Below are positions 35,829-46,461 of a stretch of 46,461 nucleotides of DNA, in pieces. Within the stretch, counting starts at the first letter, position 1; each line of letters starts with the position of its first letter. This DNA is from Octopus bimaculoides (lineage: Eukaryota): the NCBI RefSeq assembly GCF_001194135.2, contig NC_068983.1:73867728-73914188 (forward strand). Reading direction: 5' to 3'. Under the pieces are notes generated by a model. It saw only the letters and a program-made list of their open reading frames with translations. It was not told the origin of the DNA and searched no databases. The translations under genes and the position numbers were made by a program.

Positions 35829-36267
35829 CAGAAGTATGCTATCTGATCCTGTCATTGTATAAAGCTTCACTGGCCACTGCTATCATGCTGAACAACAGTT
35901 TATGTCAGCTGTTATACTTTGGAGATTTCCACATCCTAACAGGCAACATAGAGGTCATTAGCACAGACATACAACATAAATTTGTGGTCCTGCCAAACCT
36001 AATGGGGAACTGAAGTTTATGGCATGGTGTGGTGAAATGCACCTTGGTTGCATAAAGCTCAAACTTTTGAGGGGAGGGGACTAGTCAATTACGTAGAACC
36101 CTTGTGCTTGACTGGCATTTATTTTATTGACTCCCAAAAGTATGAAAGGCAAAATCAGTCTTGGTTAAATTTGAACTCAGAATATAAAGGCGGATGAAAT
36201 GCTGCTAAGCACTTTGTCCAGTATGCTGACAATTCTGTCAGCTTGTCACCTTGATAATGACAATAAT

Positions 36268-36645
36268 AATCATCATCATCGTTTTACGTCCGCTTTCCAT
36301 GCTAGCATGGGTTGGACGATTTGACTGAGGACTGGTGAAACCGGATAGCAACACCAGGCTCCAATCTAATTTGGCAGAGTTTCTACAGCTGGATGCCCTT
36401 CCTAACGCCAACCACTCAGAGAGTGTAGTGGGTGCTTTTACGTGTCACCCGCACGAAAACGGCCACACTCGAAATGGTGTCTTTTATGTGCCACCCACAC
36501 AAGAGCCAGTCCAGGGGCACTGGCAACGATCTCGCTTGAAAACCCTACAAAGTCCAGTCAGGCGGTACTGGCAACGGTCACGCTCAAGATGGTACATCTT
36601 ATGTGCCACCCGCACAAGAGCTAGTCCAGGGGCACTGGCAACGAT
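36268..36645 (-). mobile_element. RTE LINE 3' UTR with internal tandem array running into a gap
   Basis: (CAT)n start, ggatgcccttcct motif, repeated atgtgccacc..ggcactggcaacgat units. Confidence 0.85.
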
Positions 36646-37033
36646 NNNNNNNNNNNNNNNNNNNNNNNNNNNNNNNNNNNNNNNNNNNNNNNNNNNNNNN
36701 NNNNNNNNNNNNNNNNNNNNNNNNNNNNNNNNNNNNNNNNNNNNNNNNNNNNNNNNNNNNNNNNNNNNNNNNNNNNNNNNNNNNNNNNNNNNNNNNNNNN
36801 NNNNNNNNNNNNNNNNNNNNNNNNNNNNNNNNNNNNNNNNNNNNNNNNNNNNNNNNNNNNNNNNNNNNNNNNNNNNNNNNNNNNNNNNNNNNNNNNNNNN
36901 NNNNNNNNNNNNNNNNNNNNNNNNNNNNNNNNNNNNNNNNNNNNNNNNNNNNNNNNNNNNNNNNNNNNNNNNNNNNNNNNNNNNNNNNNNNNNNNNNNNN
37001 NNNNGACGGGTATGCACATTGACATTAATGATA

Positions 37034-37088
<55 letters not shown>

Positions 37089-37089
<1 letters not shown>

Positions 37090-37590
37090 TGATTGGAAGT
37101 GTTATGTACATTGTTTTGTATTGGTATAAAAGATGGGCTACAGCAAATATTCTGCTCAATACCACAGAGTTGCTTGTCAGTTGTCTGACCTTAACCAGTT
37201 AAGCATGTCCCTTAGTGGCTGATGATATGTGCATCTCTGATCATGAGCAGAAGTATTGGGGGAGCATCATAGCCATGTGTTGAGAGGAATTCTTTGGGAT
37301 TTGAATAATTCATCTCTGGAAACTTGGGTGTTTTGTTCATCATCCTTAAAACAAACCTCATTTAGGGACCTTTTGAGTAGGATGGGCTACTCGATCTGAA
37401 GACAATTCTAACAGGGCCCCACCTGCAAGATTGTGCACTGTTTATCTTCATATGAGATCACCATGTCATGCACATATGGTTGTGATGCATGTGCCTGGTA
37501 TGCCCTTATCAGACAGCTAGTCATGATGTGTATGTTGGGCTTCGTATATTTGTACCCCAGTCTGACTTTGTTGGCATGCATTGCTCTCTC
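37089..37590 (+). mobile_element. Second copy of the (TAA)n-embedded element
   Basis: Colinear with 8025-8532; (TAA)n at 37024-37088 and 37591-37611. Confidence 0.87.
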
Positions 37591-37619
37591 AATAATAATA
37601 ATAATAATAATATAAAGTA

Positions 37620-37893
37620 AAACCCCCTTTGGTTACAAATGGCCATGGGATTGCACCTAGAAAGTTCCCCTCCGAGGCACAAGATTGTTTGTGGAAAACC
37701 AGTAGTCACCTATGCACATTAGTTTTCCTTCTCCACACCACTGATGTTTTCCAAGAGAAAGGCAAAGGCCAATATAGCTTGGTACCAATGATGTTGCAAC
37801 CCATTTCTACAGCTGAGTGAACCGGAGCAATATGAAATGAAGTGTCTTACTCAAGAACACAACACAGCCCGGTGTGGGAATTGAATTCATGAT
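37620..37893 (-). mobile_element. CORE-like SINE with the third tail type
   Basis: Shares its tail with 749-943 and its core with 21722-22043 and 25911-26177. Confidence 0.72.
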
Positions 37894-37894
37894 T

Positions 37895-38127
37895 GTAATG
37901 GTTTCTAATTTTGACACAAGGCCAGCAAGTTTGAAGGAGATAGTGCTTGACTGGTTCTTACTTTATCAACCTCAAAAGGATAAAAGGTAAAGTCGACCTT
38001 GGCAGAATTTGAACTGAGAATGTCAAGACAGACAAAATCCCGCAAAGCATTTCGTCAGGCATGCTAACAGTTCTGCTAGCTTACCACCCTAGCAATAATG
38101 ATAATAATGATAGTAGTAGTAGTAGTA

Positions 38128-38175
<48 letters not shown>

Positions 38176-38385
38176 TTAATAATAATAATTTCTACTTGAA
38201 ATTGGAGGAAAGCAGCCAGTCAATGAGATCAACCCCAGTATACAACTGGTACTTAATTTATCGATCCCGAAAGGATGAAAGGGCAAAGTCGACCTCGGCA
38301 GAATTTGAACTCATAATGTAAAGACAATGAAATGCTGCAAAGCATTTTGTCCAGTGTGCTAACCATTTTACCACCTTGCCGCCTT
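37895..38385 (-). mobile_element. Two tandem SINE family C copies separated by an (AGT)n/(AAT)n microsatellite
   Basis: Both show aaagtcgacct(t/c)ggcagaatttgaact and aagcattt. Confidence 0.8.
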
Positions 38386-38739
38386 TAAAGAAGAATAGTA
38401 ATGCTAATTGTTGATCAATCGTAGAAAACCGTTTCTTCTTTTCAAAACAACTATTCCAAAAGTGTATCAGAATTCAATGTACTTATTTTCAGCGAAGATT
38501 AAGGTGGTGAGAGGCTGTTGAGGGGTAGGAATCAGACAATGGAGATTACAAAATATAAATGTATAAAATATAAAAAAATTATGGGTTAATATATTTTTCT
38601 TTCTGACTTTTGTTTTTGCTTTGAATAGTTTTTTTTTTGTTTTGGTGGAACACCCATTAAACAACTTCATGTAGAATTTTTTAAGCTTTTATTTAGGTAT
38701 ATTTTCTTCATTTGTTTGTTTATGTGTGTTTTTTTAACT

Positions 38740-38787
38740 GCCCTCTCTCTCTCTCTCCATACACACACACACGCATACATTTCTCTG

Positions 38788-38823
<36 letters not shown>

Positions 38824-38887
38824 CATACATAGACACACACAGAGACATGCACACATATAGCTATACATATATATACATACACACATG

Positions 38888-38971
<84 letters not shown>

Positions 38972-39007
38972 CACACACATATAACACACATATATATGTG
39001 TATGTAT

Positions 39008-39039
<32 letters not shown>

Positions 39040-39110
39040 CTGTATATATATGTATGTATATATATTATATATATGTGTGTAAATATATGTGTTTGTGTGT
39101 GTAAATATAA
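38740..39110. repeat. Compound (CT)/(CA)/(TA) microsatellite cluster
   Basis: Read directly. Confidence 0.92.
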
Positions 39111-39676
39111 ATAAAGAAACTTTCTAACACTCTTAAGCTATGAAGTTTTTATATTTTTTTTTACTGACATAAAAAGGTAAATGTTAATGTATAGATAAAA
39201 ATCAGATGATGTGATGCAGTTTCTACTGCTAATGATGATGATGATTTAGAGGAAGAGGAGAAGGAAGAGAAGGCAGACTGTGGTGAGGATGACATTGTGC
39301 TGATTGTAGTGGTGAGTGTAGAGTGCTGAGAATAGTGATGCTGGTGTTGCCAATGATGGTGATGATATCGATGGTCATATTGGTATTGATAATAGGGAGT
39401 TGTTATTCAAGGCATCAACCTGTCTGACTGTTGATCTCTTTTTCCATATACAAGGAGACATCCAAAAGAAACTGGAATTTTGCAATATTATTTTATTCAC
39501 CTAGAGTAGAAAAGAATATTGAACTGGCAATCTGGTAGTATTATCATTGCAGTGGACAAAAATGCTTAGTTGTATTTCATTTGGCTCTGTAGGTTCTGAG
39601 TTCAAATACCATCAAGTTTTGTCTTTCATCTTTTTGAGGCTTGATAAAATAAGTAACAATTGAACTCTGGTGTTGA

Positions 39677-40105
39677 TGTCTGGGGAGAGTCATTCTCTTT
39701 TAGTGCTTTATTAATTTAATACACTCACCGGTCTGGTTTCCACTCATTTACATATTTATTTTTACTAAACTTTTTTTCATTGCGCCTTGCAACCTTTTCA
39801 GGAAAGGCAATGAAAAAATATTAGTAAAAATTAATAGGCGCAGGAGTGGCTGTGTGGTAAGTAGCTTGCCTACCAACCACATGGTTCCAGGTTCAGTCCC
39901 ACTGCATGGCATCTTGGGCAAGTGTCTTCTACTGTAGCCTCGGGCCGACCAAAGCCTTGTGAGTGGATTTGGTAGACGGAAACTGAAAGAAGCCCGTCGT
40001 ATATATATATATATNNNNNNNNNNNNNNNNNNNNNNNNNNNNNNNNNNNNNNNNNNNNNNNNNNNNNNNNNNNNNNNNNNNNNNNNNNNNNNNNNNNNNN
40101 NNNNN

Positions 40106-40136
<31 letters not shown>

Positions 40137-40432
40137 TTGTGTGTCTGTGTTTGTCCCCCCCCAACATCGTTTGACAACTGATGCTGGTGTGTTTACATCC
40201 CTGTAACTTAGCGGTTCGGCAAAAGAGACCGATAGAATAAGTACTAGGCTTCCAAAGAATAAGTCCTGGGGTCGATCTGGTCGACTAAAGGCGGTGCTCC
40301 AGCATGGCCGCAGTCAAATGACTGAAACAAGTAAAAGAGTAAAAGAGTAAAGAGTAAGTAAATGAGTGGAAACCAGACTGATGAGTGTGTTAAATTAATA
40401 AGGCACTAAAAGCGAATGACTCTCCCCAGACA
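39677..40432. mobile_element. Fold-back (palindromic) MITE interrupted by SINE A
   Basis: ~74-bp terminal inverted arms tgtctggggagagtcatt...ccactcattta and taaatgagtgg...aatgactctccccagaca, plus inner inverted arms. Confidence 0.85.
39835..40357 (+). mobile_element. SINE family A, young full-length copy
   Basis: Head taggcgcaggagtggctgtgtggtaag, gap over the internal microsatellite, tail (gtaaaaga)n. Confidence 0.92.
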
Positions 40433-40617
40433 CAATAAAAAAAGTTTTAACATATGAATTCACATAAAGAATCTTGCAAACCAAATACAAAAACTGGTGT
40501 TGATGTAATTTACTTAACTCCTCTCCTAAAAATTCCTGACCTAATACCAAAATTTGACACCTTTATATAATAATATCATTATTATACAATAATATTATAT
40601 TTAGTAATATAATAATA

Positions 40618-40827
40618 AGCTTTTCTGTTATAGGCACAAGGCCTGAAATTTTAGGGGAGAGGGAAAGCCAATAACATCAACCCAAATGGTCCTTATTTTA
40701 TTGACCCTGAAATGATAAAAGTTAAAGTTGGTCACAACAGAATTTGAACTCAGAATGCAAAGATGGATGAAATGCTGCTAAGCATTTTTGCTTGGCATGT
40801 TAACAATTCTACCTCCTCACTGCCTTA
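40618..40827 (-). mobile_element. SINE family C
   Basis: Homology to the other family C copies. Confidence 0.78.
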
Positions 40828-40870
40828 GTAATATAATTAAAAATGAAAAATGTTATCTTCAGATAACTCC

Positions 40871-40972
40871 AGGTGCAGGAGTGGCTGTGTGGTAAGTAGC
40901 TTGCTTACCAACCACNNNNNNNNNNGCATGGCCACAGTCAAATGACTGAAACAAATAAAAGAGTAAAAGAGT
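40871..40972 (+). mobile_element. SINE family A with its middle collapsed into a 10-N gap
   Basis: Head and tail ends flank N 40916-40925. Confidence 0.8.
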
Positions 40973-41199
40973 ATGAATATTCCACTAATTATGAAGTGAA
41001 ACTTTGTAAAGCTTGTAGTCTAACTATGTAAAAAAGATACTTCAACCTACTGTTTCGTGTTAGGAGTACTTTAACAGTAAATGTGGCTTTTTCCTGTAAC
41101 ACAATAGCATATTGTTTAATAGGTATGTATGTATGTATGTATGCATGTGTGTGGGTGTTATATGCGTGCGTGTGTGTGTGTATGCATGTATATATATAC

Positions 41200-41985
41200 T
41201 CTTTTACTTGTTTCAGTCATTTGACTGTGGCCATGCTGGAGCACCGCCTTTAGTCGAGAAAATCGACCTCAGGACTTATTCTTTGTAAGCCTAGTACTTA
41301 TTCTCTCGGTCTCTTTTTGCTGAACCGCTAAGTTATGGGGACGTAAACACACCAGCATCAGTTGTCAAGCGATGGTGGGGGACAAACACAGACACACAAA
41401 CACGCATACATATATATATACATATATACGACAGGCTTCTTTCAGTTTCCGTCTACCAAATCCACTCACAAGGCTTTGGTCGGCCCAAGGCTATAGTAGA
41501 AGACACTTGCCCAAGGTGCCACGCAGTGGGACTGAACCCGGAACCATGTGGTTGGTAAGCAAGCTACTTACGACACAGCCACTNNNNNNNNNNTCTTTTA
41601 CTTGTTTCAGTCATTTGACTGTGGCCATGCTGGAGCACCGCCTTTAGTCGAGAAAATCGACCTCAGGACTTATTCTTTGTAAGCCTAGTACTTATTCTCT
41701 CGGTCTCTTTTTGCTGAACCGCTAAGTTATGGGGACGTAAACACACCAGCATCAGTTGTCAAGCGATGGTGGGGGACAAACACAGACACACAAACACGCA
41801 TACATATATATATACATATATACGACAGGCTTCTTTCAGTTTCCGTCTACCAAATCCACTCACAAGGCTTTGGTCGGCCCAAGGCTATAGTAGAAGACAC
41901 TTGCCCAAGGTGCCACGCAGTGGGACTGAACCCGGAACCATGTGGTTGGTAAGCAAGCTACTTACGACACAGCCACTCCTGCGTC
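41200..41985 (-). mobile_element. SINE family A present twice in tandem across a 10-N gap (probably one copy in the real genome)
   Basis: 41200-41583 is identical to 41594-41977, including private variants. Confidence 0.85.
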
Positions 41986-42015
41986 TATATGTGTAATATA
42001 TGCATATTATGTGTA

Positions 42016-42255
42016 TATCTTTTATCTTTTACTTGTTTCAGTCATCATACTGTGACCATCCTGGAGCAGCGCTTTGAAAAATTTTAGTTGAACAAATTGA
42101 GCCCATTACTTTTTTTTTTTCTTTGTAAGCCTGATACTTATTTTATTGGTCTCTTTTACCAAACTGCTAAGTTATGGAGACATAAATGCACACCAACACC
42201 AGTTGTCAAGTACTGGTAGGGGACAAATACAAACATAAAAAAAAATAAACAAAAA

Positions 42256-42297
<42 letters not shown>

Positions 42298-42465
42298 CTC
42301 ATATGATAGGCTTCTTTCAGTTTCCATCTATCAAATCCACTCACAAGGCTTTGATTGGCTTGAAGTCATAGAAGATACTTGCCCAAGGTGTCTCACAGTG
42401 GAACTGAACCCAGAACCATGTGATTGGGAAGCAAACTTCTTTCTTCACAGCCATGCCCATGCCTA
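42016..42465 (-). mobile_element. SINE family A, diverged
   Basis: Homology over head, (CA)n and tail. Confidence 0.82.
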
Positions 42466-42484
42466 TATATATGTGTATATATAA

Positions 42485-43155
42485 TCATCATCATCATCAT
42501 CATTGTCGTCGTCGTCGTTTAATGTCTGCTTTTCATGCTGGCATGGGTTGGAATGCTTGACTGACGACTGGTGAGCCAGAAGACTGCACCATGCTCCAAT
42601 CTGATCTGGTAAAGTTTCTGCAGCTGGATGCCCTTCCTAACGCCAACCATTCTGAGAATGTATTGGGTGTTTTTACGTGCCACTGACACAAGGGCCAGTC
42701 AGGCAGTTCTGGCAGTGACCACGCTCAAAAGGTGCTTTTTATGTGCCACCTGCACAGGAGCCAGTCCGGCAGCACTGGCAACGACCACGCTTGAATGTTG
42801 TTTTTCACATGTTACCAGCACATGTGCCAGTAAGGCAACACTGGCAACGATCACGCTTGAATGGTGCTTTTTACATGCTACCGGCATGGGAGCCAATCAG
42901 TGGCCCTGGCAATGATCACGCTCGGATGGTGCCTTTAACGTTCCACTGGCACGAGTGCCAATCAGGCGGTACTATCATCAGCCATGTCAGTGATTTTGAT
43001 TTCACTTGCCTCAACAAGTCTTCGCGAGCAAAGTTTATTGTCCAATGAATGAGGGGTATTCATAAGTGTGCTGGTTACATCCACTGGCATAGGCCAGGGG
43101 TTTTGGTCTCACTTGGCTTGTCGGGTCTTCTCAAGCACAGCATATCTCTAAAGAT
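42485..43155 (-). mobile_element. RTE LINE 3' end with five ~66-bp internal tandem units
   Basis: Unit starts at 42675, 42741, 42807, 42873 and 42938; ORF2-end sequence cttctcaagcacagcatatc near 43130. Confidence 0.83.
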
Positions 43156-44459
43156 TTGGCTCCTGCTTGTACTTAGTAGTTTTAAAGTTAAAGTCAGTCC
43201 TTGTCATTATAATCTGATTCCACTCCTTAGACTTAAAGGTTTGACCATAGTGGCTCAGTAGGCCATGATGGTTGTGGTGACCAGTAAGTTGTTGGTTTTA
43301 TATTAGAGTAGCCTTCTCCTAGGTGAATTGCCTTACTGGGCTGGAGATTTCCACTTCCTCTGGGGTTACCAAATGGGTGTCAAAGAGGGTCCTGAATCTT
43401 AGGGACTTCACTACTTGGTTTGCTGCTGAGGTTGTCTCCCCTAACCTTTTCCTTTCCCAAGGCACTCACAAAGCAGCAAGGGTTTGTACCTGAAGCTTCT
43501 TCCACAACATGTTAATTAACCCATTATTAACAGGTGCTACTAATCCAGATCAGAGTAGACTTGGGAACAATAGTGGATAAGAAGTGGTTCCACACTCCTC
43601 AAAATCTTGGAACTCCCAAACTAGGGCCTCATCACGAGATGCAGTTTAAAGTCATACATAGGACAAACATCTGACACTGAAGTGCTGGGAAAACAAGTTT
43701 CTTAGTATGGAATCTCATCTCTCCAAGTACTGTTTGCAATGCATGTCCTGTCATGTCATTCATCTTGGTGATTTCATGCATCTGAGGCATTTACTTTGAG
43801 GATAATTAATTCTTGGTATGCATTCCTTGCACAAATCAAAAAAGAAGGTTCATGATATCCCCCAAACAAACATGATGCCTTGAACAATCAGTGCTGTTCA
43901 TCAAGGACATCTCACGTTCTAATATGTAGTAGAAGCAAATAGTAGTTTATAACTAGGAAGAATAGTGTGCAGTTTGAGAAAGTTTGAATTGCTATCAACT
44001 AGTGAAACATAATACCCAAAATACCTTCAAAATGTTGAAACTCTGCTTGATAGAAGACCCAGAGATAATTTTGCCTGTATTATCTGTGGCCACATTACAC
44101 ATCTAAGAGCTAGACTTGTCTTCTATGAAAGATTACTTATTGGGAGACCAGCTGGAGATTCTTTGATTCATACAATTTCAATAGCCTTGGTGGAGTTCTG
44201 GTGATCTTTAGATGTGCTTCTCTACTGGGCTTACAATCCATTCTGGATGAGTGTACAAGTGTTAAATTACTTTTGGCATCAATCTTGGCTAAATCATGTC
44301 CTACATTTGTCACACATATTTTAAAACAAAATCAAGTCTTGATAAACATCTAGAGGCCTGTAGCAGAATTGCCATCAAACTTGTTACAGGCATGTTTTTG
44401 CAATGATTAAGTAGTTATACCTGATATAGAATTTCTTACCACCATAAATTTCTCTCTAT

Positions 44460-44755
44460 ATATATATGTTTGTGTGTTGTGTGTGTGTATTGTGTGCATG
44501 TGTGTGTATATGTGTATGTGTGTGTGTTGTATGTGTATGTGTGTGTGTATTGTGTGCATGTGTGCAAGTGTCTGTGAGTGTGTGTTTGTTTGTGTGTGTG
44601 TGTTGTGTATGTGCGTTGCATGTGTATTGTGTGTACGTGTGTGTATGCATATGTATGTATGTTGCATGTGTATTGTGTGTGTGTGTATTATGTGTATGTG
44701 TGTGAGTATGTATGTATATTGTGTGCATGTGTGTATGTGTGTGTGTGTATGTTGT
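44460..44755. repeat. Degenerate (TG)-rich low-complexity tract
   Basis: Read directly; recurring tgtgtattgtgtgcatgtg. Confidence 0.88.
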
Positions 44756-45190
44756 GTAAGAATAAAAAAAAATGAGTCTGATGTGTGCACAGCATTTTCT
44801 CACTATAGAAAAAAAAACACAACCTTACATTAATCTAGCTAGGTCATTGCCAATTTTGACAAATGAACTGTCATATCATATCATACACACATGCATGCAT
44901 GCACGCACACACACACACACACATATACACATGTATTAAACATATTATGTTTCAGATAAAAGCCGTAGTTATGCATAATTCATGCGTTTGTGTGATGTGT
45001 GTGTGTGTGTGTGTATTGTAGATAAGATGCAACATATAGTTGCATCTTATGTCATATATCTGTCTCTGTCTTTCTTTATCTCTTTTTGAACACAAAGTTA
45101 CAATGACAAATATGCATACACACACACACACGCACGTGCACAGAAAGATATATATGATATACATAAACACTCCATGTTTCTATCTGTATC

Positions 45191-45235
<45 letters not shown>

Positions 45236-45364
45236 ACACTCACTCTCTCTCTTTCTCTCTCTCACACACACACACACATGCATATCTATTCTTTCCAATT
45301 CATGTCAGTATGGAAGCCGGACATTATATAATGATAATAATGAGGAAGATAATGATAACGATGA

Positions 45365-45514
45365 TAGGCACAGGCATGGCTGTGTAGTAAGTAGCTTACT
45401 TACTGACCTCATGGTTCTGGGTTCAGTTCCACTGCATGCCACCTTGGGTAAATATCTTCTACTATAGCCTCAACTTGGGAGTGGATTTGATTGATGGAAA
45501 CTGAAAGAAGCCTG

Positions 45515-45558
<44 letters not shown>

Positions 45559-45768
45559 TTGTGTGTCTGTGTTTGTCCCCCCACTATCGTTTGACAACCA
45601 ATGGTGGTGTGTTTACATCCCTGTAACTTAGCGGTTTGGCAAAAGATACCACTAGAATAAGTACTAGGCTTACAAAGAATAAGTCCTGGGATCAGTTTGT
45701 TTGACTAAAGGCGGTGCTCCAGCATGGCCACAGTCAAATGATAGAAACAAATAAAAGAATAAAAGAAT
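45365..45768 (+). mobile_element. SINE family A, full length with long internal (TG)n
   Basis: Homology over head and tail. Confidence 0.88.
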
Positions 45769-45789
45769 GATGATGATGATGATGATGAG

Positions 45790-45822
<33 letters not shown>

Positions 45823-45826
<4 letters not shown>

Positions 45827-46351
45827 AAATAAGCAACAGGATGTCAAGTAGTGATGCAATATGACCATTTTAAGCAACTCTGTTTAGTTGAACAATGCAA
45901 TCATTACGTCATTTTAAATGCAGTGCCATCTTCAGCTGCACAAACCACACCTAGCCATGAGCTGTTAACTCACTCTTGTCCTTTATTCAAAATAGACACA
46001 GTCTTCTAGTCTTGGCATTAGTAGTTGATAAAGAGATAAATTAATTAGAAATGAATTCCAATCCCTTACAACTCTATGACCCCAATAGGCTTTCATGCAA
46101 TTCTTGGAAGTGTTGTCTTTTCTTAGCTGCAACAGTGACAACATGAATTTCTTCCATCTTTTTGCTCTGTTAAAATATTTGTGAAAAATCATGTTAATGT
46201 ATCCTACTGGTTGAAATTCTATTTATTTATTTGTGCAGCTGAAGATGGCATGGCATTTAACTTGATATAATGATTGCATTGTTCAATTAAATGGAGCCTT
46301 TTGAAATGGTCGTACTGCATAACTACTTGATATCCTGCTGCTTATTTTGAT
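45823..46351. repeat. ~122-bp inverted repeat pair separated by 285 bp
   Basis: 45823-45944 is the approximate reverse complement of 46230-46351. Confidence 0.85.
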
Positions 46352-46461
46352 TTTATTCACCTTACTTTGAGCGGATAATACCAGACTAACTTGGTGCTTC
46401 AACTTAAGTACCTAATTCAATTGAATCTCAGTTATATATATATATATATATATATATATAT

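Noticed and set aside
39449-39500. tacaaggagacatccaaaagaaactggaattt, resembling a mariner TIR
   Set aside because: Too short, and no partner end or transposase nearby
41200-41977. Tandem SINE A dimer
   Set aside because: 384 bp identical including private mutations, split by a 10-N gap; most likely an assembly artefact
42675-42960. Regularly spaced repeats superficially like a CRISPR array
   Set aside because: The units are degenerate along their whole length with no unique spacers, lie in a LINE 3' UTR, and there are no cas genes in this eukaryotic context
44407-44833. His/Thr- and Cys/Val-rich ORFs (also at 33312-33713, 38667-39082 and 15035-15479)
   Set aside because: Translations of CA/TG/ACT simple repeats, with no splice or homology support

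Overview
This is repeat-rich, AT-rich animal genomic DNA with 10 N-gaps. It is most likely an octopus or other coleoid cephalopod, inferred from my recollection of its tRNA-derived SINE families and not verified. The only host gene I can support is on the + strand: five small coding exons (7249-7390, 11994-12134, 16962-17029, 19481-19584, 22194-22304) with canonical AG/GT sites and compatible phases. They splice into 566 nt of open frame encoding the middle of an FLVCR1/FLVCR2-type (SLC49A) MFS transporter. The N-terminal exon lies upstream and the next expected exon was not found in the remaining 24 kb. The rest is intronic sequence filled with decayed mobile elements: two different RTE-clade LINE fragments, several RTE 3' ends, two restriction-like-endonuclease (R4/Dong-type) LINE 3' ends, a mariner remnant, TTAA-flanked piggyBac-type MITEs, a fold-back MITE, three or more SINE families and many microsatellites. 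Almost all ORFs in the supplied track are microsatellite or N-gap artefacts. I found no CRISPR array, prokaryotic system or intact transposase/RT ORF. The most unusual signals are stacked (TAA)n-targeted retroelements, a PHD-type zinc finger embedded in an RTE reverse transcriptase, a variable-period tandem array in an RTE 3' UTR, SINE tail swapping at an internal microsatellite, and a three-level nested insertion.
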